Notes: generated by a model not told the origin, from the sequence alone. Positions 1-11,046 are shown, counted from the stretch's first letter. The stretch is 64,000 nt of DNA from Methanobacteriota archaeon (GCA_963720465.1 OY970393.1:2016001-2080000); one strand, 5' to 3'. A program made the numbers and translations.

Positions 1-534
1 CCCGATGTATGCGTACGCGTAAGGAACTGCGTCGCATTCTGGGCCTCCAGTTACTATTGTGGGGACGTCGAGATCCTCATAGAGCTGATATTTGACGTCT
101 GTTATGCAACTGAGGAAATCCCCAAGAATAAACAACGCCAAATCGTGCTCATTTATCAGCCCGCGCTCGCTCTTTGTCAGCTGTGCCGCGCGCCGTCCCA
201 CTCCTCGAGCCAGGCCAATGATATTCGTCTTTGCTCCATTTCTTCGGAGATACTCTGCGATATCGCACGTCGGATGGGGCATGTGGTGATAGGCGAGACT
301 CGGCGCGACAACGGCAATTTCGGTGCCTATGAGGGGTGCTCTAGTGATCGTTCCTAAGAGCTCAGCCGCTTTTTGCTCTACCGCGCTTATGTCGTCAGCC
401 GGGACGAGTATCAAGAGCACGACTTCGAGCTGCATGACGTTCTTTTGCAGAAGGTGGCCGCCGAGATCCTCAACCAGCTCCATCAACTCGTCGTGTCGGT
501 AAACGCCACCAGTGTACATGAGAGGCTCTAACAT
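1..534 (-). CDS. mmp7: methanogenesis marker protein 7 (5' part; runs off window)
   Basis: Not in ORF track. ATG at 534 reads MLEPLMYTGGVYRHDELMELVEDLGG, the typical Mmp7 N-terminus; directly follows Mmp17. Confidence 0.85.
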   Translation of the reverse strand, partial: MLEPLMYTGGVYRHDELMELVEDLGGHLLQKNVMQLEVVLLILVPADDISAVEQKAAELLGTITRAPLIGTEIAVVAPSLAYHHMPHPTCDIAEYLRRNGAKTNIIGLARGVGRRAAQLTKSERGLINEHDLALFILGDFLSCITDVKYQLYEDLDVPTIVTGGPECDAVPYAYAYIG

Positions 535-535
535 C

Positions 536-1099
536 CTATAGTCCCGCCTCTTTGAGCAACCTGCGTCCGTGATTTATCCATTCTTGTTTGACCGGCTCCT
601 CAGACGCTATGAACAGGACGTAGTCATCTGTAATATCGTGCTTTATAATCCTATAGCCTTCCGGCGCGACGCGCCGTATTGAATCGATGACTCTGCGCTT
701 CAGCTCCGTCGTGGGCTCGTAGATGGTTTCGTCGGGAATATCGTCGTCGGTCGCGACAAGGACTGTATACCGATCGAGCTGCAAAATGTTGGCCTTTCCA
801 TAACGCTCAACGAGCTTATCGAGCAGATCGTTGACGTACCGTTCGTTCTTGATATCTAACTTCAGTCCGTCGTCGGTATGCGTCATCGTAGCGACGTCGG
901 AAATCTTTATATCTGGAAGTGAGATCGCAAGCTTGCCATATAAGATGAATACGGGTTCGTCGGGATCGATGAAGATTTTGATGTTGTACAGTGATTGGGC
1001 GACGTCCAGGTCAGACAATATGTCAGACGTCAGTTCTTCAATCAAGCGCGCCCCCTGCTTATCGGGAGACTCGACTGCCACTTTTTTAGAATCGATCAT
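536..1099 (-). CDS. mmp17: methanogenesis marker protein 17
   Basis: 187 aa, IFIDPDEPVF and RVAPEGYRI motifs, position in marker cluster. Confidence 0.8.
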   Translation of the reverse strand: MIDSKKVAVESPDKQGARLIEELTSDILSDLDVAQSLYNIKIFIDPDEPVFILYGKLAISLPDIKISDVATMTHTDDGLKLDIKNERYVNDLLDKLVERYGKANILQLDRYTVLVATDDDIPDETIYEPTTELKRRVIDSIRRVAPEGYRIIKHDITDDYVLFIASEEPVKQEWINHGRRLLKEAGL

Positions 1100-1165
1100 A
1101 TCGCATGCAATCTCTTTGTAGGTGGTTCGCGCGGCGCCCGGCTGGGATTAGCTTCATCTGGGGCC

Positions 1166-2398
1166 TCATTCTACAAACCCGCTGGCGAGCAGCGCAGATC
1201 CGACTGCGCCGATATATTGTGAATATCTAGGCACCACAACGCTAACTCTGAGCACGTCTTGCATTGCTTCTACCAGACCGATGATGAGTGAGGTTCCACC
1301 GACCATGATGACGGGAGCTACAATTTCCAGCTCTTGAAGCTGCTGTTCGAAGACCTGTTCTGCGACACTGTAACAGGCCGCACTTGCAACGTCTTCTTTG
1401 CTAGCTCCGAGCGAGAGTGCGTTGACAAGGCTTTGCGTTCCGAAAACGTAACAGTAGCTGTTCATTGTCAAACGGTTATGATCTCCTTTGGACGCCAATG
1501 GCCCCAATTCACTGATGTCGACCCCTAATCGACGTGCGGTCATATCGAGAAAACGACCTGAAGCTCCGGCACAAATTCCGCCCATGGTGAAGCCGCCGGG
1601 AATGCCATCTATGACCGAAATAGCCTTGTTATCCATGCCGCCAATGTCGATGACCGTCGCAGGCCCTTTCTGTATCTCTGCGAGATAAACGGCACCCTTC
1701 GAGTTTACGGTGAGCTCTTCTTGAACGAGCGCAGCCTTCATCGCCTCTCCGACGAGCAAGCGACCGTAACCCGTAGTCCCGAGCGCCTCAATCTCAGATT
1801 TGCTCACTCCGGCCATCTTCAGCGCCGTTGTATACGCAAGTTCGGCACTGTTCAATACTTCGGTGGTGTCGACCCAGCCAACTCCTATTATCTCGTTATC
1901 TCGCATTACCACGGCTTTTGTGGTTGTCGATCCTGAGTCTATGCCGGCAGTTAATCCCGTCTGTTTTTCGCGCGCGAGCAAGGTTCGTCTCAGCGCGGTG
2001 GTTACGAGAGCTTCCATCCGCGTGAGGAGTGTTCCTGCAGTAGTCCGTTCGGTAAACGAGTAGCTGATAACTGGCAAATTGGCACGCTCATGGATATAAC
2101 GTCGCAATTCGCTTCGCGTTATTGCACCTTCTGCGCATCGAAAGCACGTAGTTATAAATACCGCGTCGACCGGGAAGCCACCGTCCACTATAGATCTGGC
2201 CCTCGCTATCATAAGCTGTAAATCAGGGCTGGCGACTTCTAGTCCCCACTCGCTTACCGCGTCTTTAATCGTGTCGGTATCTACTTCGGGATAGACTAGC
2301 TCAGCATTCACGGACGCGACAGCATTTTCAATTTCTTTTTGGATCCCGCTGTATTCGGAGCCACAGGAGAGGTGCGCTATCCTGATTTTTCGCGTCAC
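1166..2398 (-). CDS. mmp15: methanogenesis marker protein 15 (BadF/CoA-activase-type ASKHA ATPase)
   Basis: [40 protein letters not shown] motifs. Confidence 0.9.
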   Translation of the reverse strand: MTRKIRIAHLSCGSEYSGIQKEIENAVASVNAELVYPEVDTDTIKDAVSEWGLEVASPDLQLMIARARSIVDGGFPVDAVFITTCFRCAEGAITRSELRRYIHERANLPVISYSFTERTTAGTLLTRMEALVTTALRRTLLAREKQTGLTAGIDSGSTTTKAVVMRDNEIIGVGWVDTTEVLNSAELAYTTALKMAGVSKSEIEALGTTGYGRLLVGEAMKAALVQEELTVNSKGAVYLAEIQKGPATVIDIGGMDNKAISVIDGIPGGFTMGGICAGASGRFLDMTARRLGVDISELGPLASKGDHNRLTMNSYCYVFGTQSLVNALSLGASKEDVASAACYSVAEQVFEQQLQELEIVAPVIMVGGTSLIIGLVEAMQDVLRVSVVVPRYSQYIGAVGSALLASGFVE

Positions 2399-2853
2399 GC
2401 GAGTACCTCCGCTTTGTGCGTCAGGGACTCGCAGAAGTCGCGGATCTTTCGTACGAATACACGCGCCTCATCGTCATTCGTCGGATAGGCGAGTTCTAAG
2501 CGCGGGATATCCTTGTGACGAACGATGTACTTGACTAGTTCGTTCGTTCGGGCGCACCCCATACATCCAAATGAGTAATCGGCCTCGTGAATGATGATAG
2601 CGGCTTCAGCCTCTTCTATCAGGGGGTCAAGAAGTGCCATCCGCCCGCGCACACCAGAAGGGACGTCGACCGCCGCATACTTGAGTCCTTTCTTAGGGTC
2701 TTCTGGTGTGACGTTGATAGGTGGACTATCTATTCCGACTTCCGTTATTTTCTGTCGTATGACGCGCATCAGCGTAAGCGGCTCGTGACCGAATCGCGCG
2801 ACCAGGTCAGATAGAATCAGACTGTTTGACGGAAATATGAGTATTTTAGCCAT
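2395..2853 (-). CDS. mmp5: methanogenesis marker protein 5
   Basis: [41 protein letters not shown]; start chosen at 2853. Confidence 0.9.
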   Translation of the reverse strand: MAKILIFPSNSLILSDLVARFGHEPLTLMRVIRQKITEVGIDSPPINVTPEDPKKGLKYAAVDVPSGVRGRMALLDPLIEEAEAAIIIHEADYSFGCMGCARTNELVKYIVRHKDIPRLELAYPTNDDEARVFVRKIRDFCESLTHKAEVLA

Positions 2854-3292
2854 TGACATCCTCTTTTGACTCCTCTTCAATGATCTCGATGAAGCGGTCG
2901 ATTTTGAACTTGTCGTGCTTTTTTCGTTCTTTAGCGTCCAGTGGATCATCGATGGTCTCTAAACCATACGATATGCTCGGAAGAATGGCAGATTCCTTCT
3001 CGAGCTGGTGGAAGCCTGGTCGTGCACCGCCCCCCCTAACAGCGCGACATCTTCTTGAATCGCCTGGGGGGAACCCTCGGTCCTTGACGAAAATCCCTGA
3101 TGGATCCAGTCTCCTCAGCTCTTCTATGGTTCCATTGACCGCTTGCTCTGATCCCGTAACAATGAGCCCGAAACAAGTTTCTTTCACCACGGCGTCCGTT
3201 GATAATTCATAGGCCCGCAGTGCCAGCTCGCTGGGCAAAATGGGGCTTGAATCTGCAAGAACGACCATTTTTGTAGTCTCATCTGATACCAT
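2846..3292 (-). CDS. mmp6: methanogenesis marker protein 6
   Basis: VKETCFG, KDRGFPPGDSRRCRA, GGARPGFHQLE motifs. Confidence 0.9.
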   Translation of the reverse strand: MVSDETTKMVVLADSSPILPSELALRAYELSTDAVVKETCFGLIVTGSEQAVNGTIEELRRLDPSGIFVKDRGFPPGDSRRCRAVRGGGARPGFHQLEKESAILPSISYGLETIDDPLDAKERKKHDKFKIDRFIEIIEEESKEDVNG

Positions 3293-3357
3293 TGCACCAC
3301 TCGTTTCGTAAAGTAAGTATGTCAGCGATTAATATTATAATTATCTAGCAATATAAA

Positions 3358-4878
3358 TCACAGAGCTTCGTGAACGTATATTGTCTCGTTTTCGCGCACG
3401 TTTTGAAGAGGGCTTGTGTGCAGTATCCTCCCAACAATATTGGTGCTGTTGAACCGCTCACCGGTTGGTCCGTACTTTTCGTTATCTTCAAGTCGGACAC
3501 CGATTAGTCCAGCGTACTTGGAGGAGCGATTTGAGACACCGATTTCGGCTGCGCTCACTTTTGTCGTCGGCGTGTTTTCCGGCACAATATCAAACTTCTC
3601 TGCAGTCTGCGTGCGGAACATGATCGTCTTACCATATTTCACGTAAGCGTGCAACGAGCCCACTGGATTATCTCTCAAACCCGTAACCGTCCTCACGAAC
3701 GCTACTGTTTTAGGAGCGCGATCGTCATAAAGCTCAATTTTAACAAGCTTATCGTGTGGGACTGCAAAGGTCTTCACACTTCTGGCTTTGATAATGTCGA
3801 CCGTGTTGAGGGGCGATTGACGCACAACGACGGCGTCTTCGCCATCGTATCCTTCGCGCTCAAGAGAAATACCTAATCGATTGACCTCTTCCTCTATTGC
3901 CGCGACGCGCAAGCCCAACAACATGATGCGGGTAGGATCGGTATACACGCGCAATCTCTGCCCCGGGGTCGCGATTTTGACGAGCTCCAGCCCCTCGCTG
4001 ACATAGCCGATGACTGAATGGCTAGAATTTGAGGGCGTATCTCTCTTGTAAATAAATACGTCGCCACCGTCGTTTCCAGACGTACGCACGGTGATTGCTC
4101 CCTCGCTCCTCGCATCGAGCATTTCAAAGGGGGACGATCGACCGCGTAAGCGCGTGGAAACGACATAGGTGTTTGTTACTGCATCCACTCGATAACAGCC
4201 GTCCTTAGCAAGGGCCAAGAAGTGCTCTACGCCCTCAGACGCATCTCTCGAGAGCGTTGCTTTGAGGTAGGTGTAGACTTCCATTCCATCTTCAAGTTCG
4301 ATGTCAAAATCAGACGTCGTGAACTTGTCGGTGATATATTCGAGTCGCTCAATCGGCTCGATTCTTTGAATTTCGTCTCCGTTCTCGAGCTTTTCGAGGA
4401 CATTTCTGCCTGCGACTGCTTTTCCAACTATGGCGTTTGTTCCGTACGAGGCGGTATGCCGCTTTTTTATAAATGAAAGGTACGTATTTGTCTGATCAAA
4501 CCCGCCAAGGCTGTATGTAATATCCCAGCGCTCGTATTCTCGTTCACCGCGGTCGACCTCAAGGTCGCTTGGAACGGGGCCGGCTGATACTATCTGGGGC
4601 TGGGACCAGTGGACCTTGGTCCCAACAAATATTTTATAAGTGCGCAGCCAAAGGCGCCGGCTCGGTTCATCGACCTCAATTCTGATCTCGCCTTTGTTTG
4701 TGTAAACCGCATATTCCTTGATGACGTCTAGTTTTTGGGTTTTTCTCCCCTTTATGATGCCCACGAGCAGCCCGTCGCGGTAGGGGGTATTTGTGAGTTC
4801 AAGCGCATCGCGCAGCGTGCGGGTTGCACGATCGAGCACAACCTGTTTCCCGTCAAGAACGATGAACTTGGCGTCCAT
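3358..4878 (-). CDS. mmp3: methanogenesis marker protein 3 (cyclophilin-like repeats)
   Basis: 506 aa, GAITVRTSG and KYGPTGERFNSTNIVG motifs, follows atwA. Confidence 0.88.
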   Translation of the reverse strand: MDAKFIVLDGKQVVLDRATRTLRDALELTNTPYRDGLLVGIIKGRKTQKLDVIKEYAVYTNKGEIRIEVDEPSRRLWLRTYKIFVGTKVHWSQPQIVSAGPVPSDLEVDRGEREYERWDITYSLGGFDQTNTYLSFIKKRHTASYGTNAIVGKAVAGRNVLEKLENGDEIQRIEPIERLEYITDKFTTSDFDIELEDGMEVYTYLKATLSRDASEGVEHFLALAKDGCYRVDAVTNTYVVSTRLRGRSSPFEMLDARSEGAITVRTSGNDGGDVFIYKRDTPSNSSHSVIGYVSEGLELVKIATPGQRLRVYTDPTRIMLLGLRVAAIEEEVNRLGISLEREGYDGEDAVVVRQSPLNTVDIIKARSVKTFAVPHDKLVKIELYDDRAPKTVAFVRTVTGLRDNPVGSLHAYVKYGKTIMFRTQTAEKFDIVPENTPTTKVSAAEIGVSNRSSKYAGLIGVRLEDNEKYGPTGERFNSTNIVGRILHTSPLQNVRENETIYVHEAL

Positions 4879-4895
4879 GCCTATTATGCGTCCGT

Positions 4896-6491
4896 TCAGC
4901 TGGCCGCTTTCTCCTGCTCCGTCAGAACGTCAAGCACTTGCGCGGTCGGTCCCATGGAGATGATCTTGCCCCCGCGCAAGAGAGCGGCCCGGTCGCAGAC
5001 CTCCCGAACGAAATCGAGATCGTGCGATACAATCATAAACGTCTCGCCGATTTCCGCGCGCGCAGTCAGAATTGAGTTTGACACGTCTTTCTTGGTGATA
5101 GGATCCATCGTTCCTGTGGGTTCGTCCAGTATAACGAGGTTGGGCTCTCGAATCAGAACCTGCGCGAGAGCCACCCGATGCCGCTCTCCTTGACTCAGCT
5201 CATCCGGCACCTTAGCAAGGATGCTCTCGCTCGTCGACTCGTTAAAGCCGGCAGCGATCAAAGTTTGTACCGCTTTGTGTTCTGAAAGTTCAGCGGGAAG
5301 TTCCAAGCCTATGCTACTCGTCAGGTTATCCAAAACGTCGCGGAACGGGTAAAGGTCATATTCCTGGTAGAGTACGCCAATGTACGGCTTCGCTCTTCCT
5401 CTATTGTTGGGACCAGGCATAGTCATGTCCACCCAATCGTCGCCGATGCGCACCTGCACCTCGCCGTTCGTCGGCTCGAGCACACCTGCGATGATCTTGG
5501 AAACGCTTGTTTTTCCGGCCCCGCTTAATCCAATGAGGCCAAAGACTTCCCCTTCTTGGATATTAAACGACACGTTGCTGACGGCTCTGATTACACCGCG
5601 GTCGAGTGTCACGTATTTCTTTTCAAGCTCCGCCACTTTCACTATCGTGTCGCCAGAGGCGACCTCGTGTTTCTTTATCTCCCCGACGGTGCTCAAAAAC
5701 TCATCGATAACTTCTTTCGGCGCGCCTTCTTTTGTAACCCTCCCGTCATCAAGCAGTATCGCTCTGTCAGCTATCGATTCAATGTCTTCAGGAAGGTGCG
5801 AGGTGACCAGCACAGCCATGTCGTTCATTTTGGCTTCGTGTTGGATTATTTTGTGGATAATTTCCGCTGTCTTCCGGTCTAGGGTGCCGGTGGGTTCATC
5901 AGCGAGTAAGATGATCGGTGATCTTGCGAGTTGGCGCGCTAAAACAACCCGCTGTTTCTCTCCGCCGCTGAGATCACGCGCCATGTGCATCATTCGATGT
6001 GATAACTTCACCTGATCAATAAGTTCAGATGCTTTATAAATTGCTTCAGAATCGCCGTACCCGCGTTCTGTGAAGCTCCGCATGACGTTTTCTATCGCGC
6101 GCTCGTCGCCGTAAAGAGCGAAGGTGCGCTGTAGCATTATTGCAACGCGGCTTCTAACGTCCCGTTGCAAATCGCTCTCTTCGTCTGCCCACGCGTCAAC
6201 TCGGAAGAATTGCATCTTTCCGGCACATAGGGGACAAGGTCTTCCGACTCGACTGGGCACGTCGACGTGTCGACAGTTTCGACAATACGCGACGTTGTAA
6301 TAGATTTTGCCACTGGTTGGCTTGTACTCTTTCAATCCTCGTATGGCGTGCAGTAAGACGGTTTTTCCGGCCCCGCTCTTGCCTATGATTCCAAGTACCT
6401 CGCCCTCGTCAAGGGTGAAATTGATGCCTTTTAATATCTCAAATTCGCCGAACGTTTTGACTAAGTTTTCGACTTCTATCAAGACGGCCAT
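4896..6491 (-). CDS. atwA: methyl-coenzyme M reductase system component A2 (double ABC ATPase)
   Basis: Two Walker A (GKSGAGKT, GLSGAGKT), CxxC..CxxC zinc insert, AIMLQRTFALY, LSGGEKQR. Confidence 0.95.
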   Translation of the reverse strand: MAVLIEVENLVKTFGEFEILKGINFTLDEGEVLGIIGKSGAGKTVLLHAIRGLKEYKPTSGKIYYNVAYCRNCRHVDVPSRVGRPCPLCAGKMQFFRVDAWADEESDLQRDVRSRVAIMLQRTFALYGDERAIENVMRSFTERGYGDSEAIYKASELIDQVKLSHRMMHMARDLSGGEKQRVVLARQLARSPIILLADEPTGTLDRKTAEIIHKIIQHEAKMNDMAVLVTSHLPEDIESIADRAILLDDGRVTKEGAPKEVIDEFLSTVGEIKKHEVASGDTIVKVAELEKKYVTLDRGVIRAVSNVSFNIQEGEVFGLIGLSGAGKTSVSKIIAGVLEPTNGEVQVRIGDDWVDMTMPGPNNRGRAKPYIGVLYQEYDLYPFRDVLDNLTSSIGLELPAELSEHKAVQTLIAAGFNESTSESILAKVPDELSQGERHRVALAQVLIREPNLVILDEPTGTMDPITKKDVSNSILTARAEIGETFMIVSHDLDFVREVCDRAALLRGGKIISMGPTAQVLDVLTEQEKAAS

Positions 6492-7342
6492 TAAAGTGTT
6501 GCCTCCTTCGACCCCGTACCATTATAACTGTTATTTGTAATAATGTTTTTTAATATTCCAGGTAAGAGCGCTAAGTCTTTTATCACGAGATCGGCTGCTT
6601 CGTAGAGCGTTGCGGGACGTTCCTCTTTCTGTTGTATTGTTAAAACGCCAAGGTCCGCGGCTCTCAGCGCGGGGATATCGTTTATCCCATCGCCCACCAT
6701 CACGACGTAACGATATTCTTCCTTAAGTTCATGGACCAGTTGCTCCTTTGCGCCCGGGGTTGCGATGTCCCTGATATTCTCGTACGGAATATCAATGCGG
6801 TCAGCGAGTGCATAAAGGGTGTTTTTCGCATCACCCGAGGCTACGTAGATATCACCCCCAATACGTTTGAGCTCATCAATAACGGGACGGGCCGACTCGA
6901 AGAGTTCTCCGCAGGTGGCAAGAACGTACGGGATATTGCCTTGTTCAATATCAACGATGGCCGCAGTGCCGGTGAAGTACGACGAGCTGCAACTTTTTCT
7001 GACTTCGTCGACTACATCGACTAGATCCTTGACTCGACTCTTTGCATCACGCGCAACGGCGCGCAACACCGTTGTTTTAGCAACCGGGACGTTGGAGCAA
7101 ACAACTACAAGATCAACGTTGTAGATGTCCAAGAAATCTGCGATGGACAAGTCAGTGGGCACGCCTTCTAAGTCTTTAGGAACGTCCAGCTGAAACACCG
7201 CAAGCACGTAGTCCTGCCGCGTCCCGATGAAACTGAGGGATACTATCTGATGCAAGAGCATGTCTCCGTCAATCTCCTTCGCTACGCGATATTTCTCAAG
7301 AAGTGTGCCCGCGCAGTCGAACACAACGGCAAAACCTTTCAT
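6491..7342 (-). CDS. HAD-family hydrolase (soluble P-type ATPase-like)
   Basis: FDCAGTL, ASGD, MVGDGINDIPAL; stop overlaps atwA start. Confidence 0.85.
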   Translation of the reverse strand: MKGFAVVFDCAGTLLEKYRVAKEIDGDMLLHQIVSLSFIGTRQDYVLAVFQLDVPKDLEGVPTDLSIADFLDIYNVDLVVVCSNVPVAKTTVLRAVARDAKSRVKDLVDVVDEVRKSCSSSYFTGTAAIVDIEQGNIPYVLATCGELFESARPVIDELKRIGGDIYVASGDAKNTLYALADRIDIPYENIRDIATPGAKEQLVHELKEEYRYVVMVGDGINDIPALRAADLGVLTIQQKEERPATLYEAADLVIKDLALLPGILKNIITNNSYNGTGSKEATL

Positions 7343-7461
7343 TGGTTACCTGAAGAGCATTTGATACGAGTTGTTCGTGAGAGAATTGGCAAATCCGGAG
7401 AAATACGTGAAATAATTAATTATAGAGGGAACCTACTGCGAGTGTTACTCGTTAAGGGCAT

Positions 7462-7695
7462 TCACTTACTGCCTTCAGGGGCTAAGTCATCAGAAACTAT
7501 AATGATATCGCCAACGCTTATGATTTTCGACCACGGAACAATTGTTTCCCCTTTTAGCAAGCCTTTTGAGACATCTAATGAAATTTCCTTATTATCCCAA
7601 TTGATTAGGACATCTCTTACCTTTCCCACGTTGACCCCGCTAAGCGTCGAAACGTCTTTGTGCAATACTCCACGCGTCATAATGACACCCTTCAT
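7462..7695 (-). CDS. PRC-barrel domain protein
   Basis: G.NVGKVRDVLI...IVPWSKIISVGDIIIV pattern. Confidence 0.8.
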   Translation of the reverse strand: MKGVIMTRGVLHKDVSTLSGVNVGKVRDVLINWDNKEISLDVSKGLLKGETIVPWSKIISVGDIIIVSDDLAPEGSK

Positions 7696-7932
7696 ATATT
7701 GGACGTCGTGTTATGTATAAAAAATGTTCCTTTGAGCATCTTTAAATCAGAATACGTGCTCAAAAAAGGTAGACTTGCAAAGAGCAGTTGAGCAGTACGG
7801 CCAGCTAAGTGTGTGCAGTGTGCTCGAGCATTTTCAGAAAACTCAGGTACGCGATCGGTGTTAAAGCGTTTGGCAGCTGTCTAATGTTAGTTGAACTTTT
7901 CACAAGCAGATAGATCTGCGCCGCTGCCAGAA

Positions 7933-9744
7933 TTAGGGTCTTGCAGGTCGCTTTTCGGGTTTCTCCGCGTTGATCACGCCTTTTGCCCCGTCAACTGGTA
8001 GCTCCTGCTCCCTAATATTTAGCGGCGTCGCGTTGTACCAGAAGCTGTTGAAGAGCTCCTTTTCGATAAAAATGAACTCAGAAATGTCCGTTCTGAAGGC
8101 TGACTTGTATACCACATTATCTATGTCGCCGGTGTCGTAGATATAACTCGTTCCGAGCAGCTTGTCATCATCGGATATAAAAATTCCTGCCCCAGTCTCC
8201 GATTCAAGATGCCGAATTTCAAAATACTTCGTAAGCAGACGCGCTTCTTCGATGTTGACGCTTTCAATAGGTGCCAGCAAACGATACGTAATCTTGGGCA
8301 TCTCTCTATCCTTGATCAAATTATAGAGCCGTTTTACCCCCATACGAGTTTGGATCACGTTAAATTCATTTTTTGATCTGTCGAGCATTTCGTAGAAAGC
8401 TTTGTAGACGTTCTCCCTCTTCTTTATGACTTGGATCGTCTGCACCACTCGTCCTGCCGTCAGCTCTTGTTCTCTGTACCGCAGCTCGATTCCTGAGTGC
8501 CACATGTCTTCCATCATCGAGTGCTGCGTTTCAACGAAGCTCTGTGTATTCGTATAAATTGAATTATAGAGCTCTGCGCCCTTGTCACTAAATGAATAAA
8601 GCAGCACTTGCATAACTTGCTGATCGATGATTACCCCCGTGCTATGGACGATCTGAGGGATGTGGCGCACATCGGCACGTTCCGCGATTTCCTGCGCCGC
8701 TTGCAGATTATCCTTGTTAATCTCGGCCATTACAATCACGTCAATACCTCGTTGCCGCGCATCCTTTGGAATGAGTGGTGCGAGAATCGGCAAAGCTTCG
8801 CTTCTGATCCACAAGAATATCTCTTTGTGGGCAGTGTTTATGAGCGACGCGAAGTCTTGCACGATCTCCTGGTAGTCAGTAATGACGCGCGTGACCTCGA
8901 TAGGCTTACCCGTCTCTATCTCTTGTATCCTCAAACGGGCTTCTATCCCTTTGTCCCAGAGTGATTGAAACAGGGAACTCTGGATTTCAATAAATCCGCT
9001 GTTGTTCGACCACAGCGACGGGGTTAGTTCGACTCGCTCTAACTCGTCGAGATCCTTTGTTACGCCCGTATACATCGCCTCTTTGCAGTCTGAAATGACG
9101 ACAGCGAAATTGCTCATCATTGGTGAGTGTCGTATCTTGAAGTACTTAGAGAGCTGCTTTACTACATCGATATTGTTTGGCGTAATCGGAACCAGGATCC
9201 TTAGATCTTCGATCCTGCATTTGTGCTCATCATCTACAAAATAGTCGCAAAGCACTTTGTCCCATCGAAGGAGCCAAAACTCGGTAGAAATGATCCAGAG
9301 CCTTTTTTCTGTAGCGTGGAAGGTCTCGAGGCGCCGGTCGATAATATCGTCTTTGTCATACAGAATGATAAAACCCTCTTCGATCGGACACCATTCGATA
9401 GGCAGGCCTTGCGCTTTTGTGCGCTCAACGTCCCACAGCTCGAGCAGCGTATCTCGCGCCTCGCTGAGGCCCTGTAACTTCGCGGCCTCGTTACTAATGG
9501 CAGGATTTAGCAAGGAGGACGGATATGCAGCTACGAATGTTTCCGGATTGGTCGATATGCGCTTAGCGAGCCCTTGTTTCGAAAGCTCTAGCAGGACCTT
9601 GTTAGCACCGTGACTAGTGAGATGAAGCGATTCGGCTACTTCACCTGCAGTTCGTCGTCCGTTCTGTAGCAGATGAAGGTAAACCTTCCCGGCTTCTTTT
9701 TTGAGGCCGAACTGTGAAAAAAGACTCAATATATCCGCTGGCAT
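7933..9744 (-). CDS. TrmB-family regulator: N-terminal wHTH plus three tandem TrmB/PLD-like effector domains
   Basis: FGLKKEAGKVYLHLL..TAGEVAE HTH; repeated (K/D/E)(I/V)RH...ISD/IID...F..LW units. Confidence 0.75.
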   Translation of the reverse strand: MPADILSLFSQFGLKKEAGKVYLHLLQNGRRTAGEVAESLHLTSHGANKVLLELSKQGLAKRISTNPETFVAAYPSSLLNPAISNEAAKLQGLSEARDTLLELWDVERTKAQGLPIEWCPIEEGFIILYDKDDIIDRRLETFHATEKRLWIISTEFWLLRWDKVLCDYFVDDEHKCRIEDLRILVPITPNNIDVVKQLSKYFKIRHSPMMSNFAVVISDCKEAMYTGVTKDLDELERVELTPSLWSNNSGFIEIQSSLFQSLWDKGIEARLRIQEIETGKPIEVTRVITDYQEIVQDFASLINTAHKEIFLWIRSEALPILAPLIPKDARQRGIDVIVMAEINKDNLQAAQEIAERADVRHIPQIVHSTGVIIDQQVMQVLLYSFSDKGAELYNSIYTNTQSFVETQHSMMEDMWHSGIELRYREQELTAGRVVQTIQVIKKRENVYKAFYEMLDRSKNEFNVIQTRMGVKRLYNLIKDREMPKITYRLLAPIESVNIEEARLLTKYFEIRHLESETGAGIFISDDDKLLGTSYIYDTGDIDNVVYKSAFRTDISEFIFIEKELFNSFWYNATPLNIREQELPVDGAKGVINAEKPEKRPARP

Positions 9745-9864
9745 TCTTTACCTCTGCATCTCCAGCTCCCGGCTCTGAGCAACGAGTTATTGAAGGGTCC
9801 TAACTAACGATCGTTGCACAGCTTTGAAAACTGCCGTAACTGCTGTTAGTTGGGGGTTGGCTGG

Positions 9865-10266
9865 TTATGCGATTCTTTTTCCTGCGTTTGGCCCTGGAGC
9901 GAGGTCGTACACTTCTGTTACCTTTAGTATCGCACAGCCCTTTGCAGGCAGTTTTTCATTTCGGCTCTTGATCTTCTGTTTCATCATCTCGTAGTCAGGT
10001 CCTTCAGTCACATAGTTTGCTATGCCCTTGAGTTGATAGCCTTCATAACCCTCCCACGATGTAAGGGCAACGCTACAATTTGGCTTCTTCAGGTTGTCAG
10101 CAGTTTTGTGCCAAAAGTTGTCGCCGACGAGAATTGTTTCGGGGTCTTTTACGATGACGAATTGATTGGGTACTACGTTCGGTATACCGGCGTCGCTCAC
10201 CGTTGCGAATACTATAGTCTTCACAGCGCTAATGTTGTTGACTACCTTTTCTGGCAGGTTCGTCAT
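9865..10266 (-). CDS. pyridoxamine 5'-phosphate oxidase-like FMN-binding protein
   Basis: ATVSDAGIPNVVP, DNFWHKTADNL, GYQLKG; GGAGGTG SD before ATG 10266. Confidence 0.85.
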   Translation of the reverse strand: MTNLPEKVVNNISAVKTIVFATVSDAGIPNVVPNQFVIVKDPETILVGDNFWHKTADNLKKPNCSVALTSWEGYEGYQLKGIANYVTEGPDYEMMKQKIKSRNEKLPAKGCAILKVTEVYDLAPGPNAGKRIA

Positions 10267-10550
10267 TGAGTGCACCTCCATTTAGTATTCATTGGTAGAG
10301 CACTCAGCGATAATAAAAACCTTTCTCCGGCTCAGAGAAGGCTGAACAGCCTTTCTGAACGGTAACCAGCAACAGACGCCGCGTTGCCAGATGCGCCGCT
10401 GAAAGGCTAGATGCTAGAGAGATCGCGCATAGGCGACTCCGGTGCCGCCCACGAAATCAAATAAAGCTGCCTATGCTAGCTGGGGAACTCGCTTTGGGTG
10501 ACTATATGCTAGAAAAAATCCATATTGAATCAATCACATATGCACGGCTG

Positions 10551-11021
10551 ATGTCTAAAACGTACGTGCTTGACGCTCCAGTGTTTATTTATGGCGTTCA
10601 CGTCGTTGGCTCTATGTACACAGTTCCTGAGGTAACCCGCGAGCTGAAGAGCTCTCAAGCGACAGTGGTACTGCAAGAGTTTCTAAAGGAGGGCCTGAAA
10701 ATCGAAGAGCCGTTGAAAAAAGCAATAGACGTTGTCACGGAAAAGGCTAAGTCGACGGGTGACCATCTTAGGCTGTCTCAAGCCGATATTGACTTGCTGG
10801 CGAAGGCACTTGAAGTAAGCGGTACGCTGGTTACGGATGATTATTCCATTCAAAATGTCGCGGCGCGCCTCGGGATAGAGACGCAGCCGATCCAGCAGGC
10901 ACGCATCAAACGCGTGCTGAAATGGAGACGCAGATGTGTCGGATGTGGTCGGTTGTATGAAACGGAAACGATCTGTCCTGTCTGCGGATCTGAGGTGAGA
11001 GTTAAGCCGGTGAAGAGGTAA
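10551..11021 (+). CDS. nob1: Nob1-family PIN endonuclease (rRNA maturation)
   Basis: YVLDA, LSQADIDLLA, LVTDDYSIQNVA, C-terminal CVGC..CPVCG. Confidence 0.88.
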   Translation: MSKTYVLDAPVFIYGVHVVGSMYTVPEVTRELKSSQATVVLQEFLKEGLKIEEPLKKAIDVVTEKAKSTGDHLRLSQADIDLLAKALEVSGTLVTDDYSIQNVAARLGIETQPIQQARIKRVLKWRRRCVGCGRLYETETICPVCGSEVRVKPVKR

Positions 11022-11046
11022 CTTTGACAGGTGGAAGGATCAGAAT

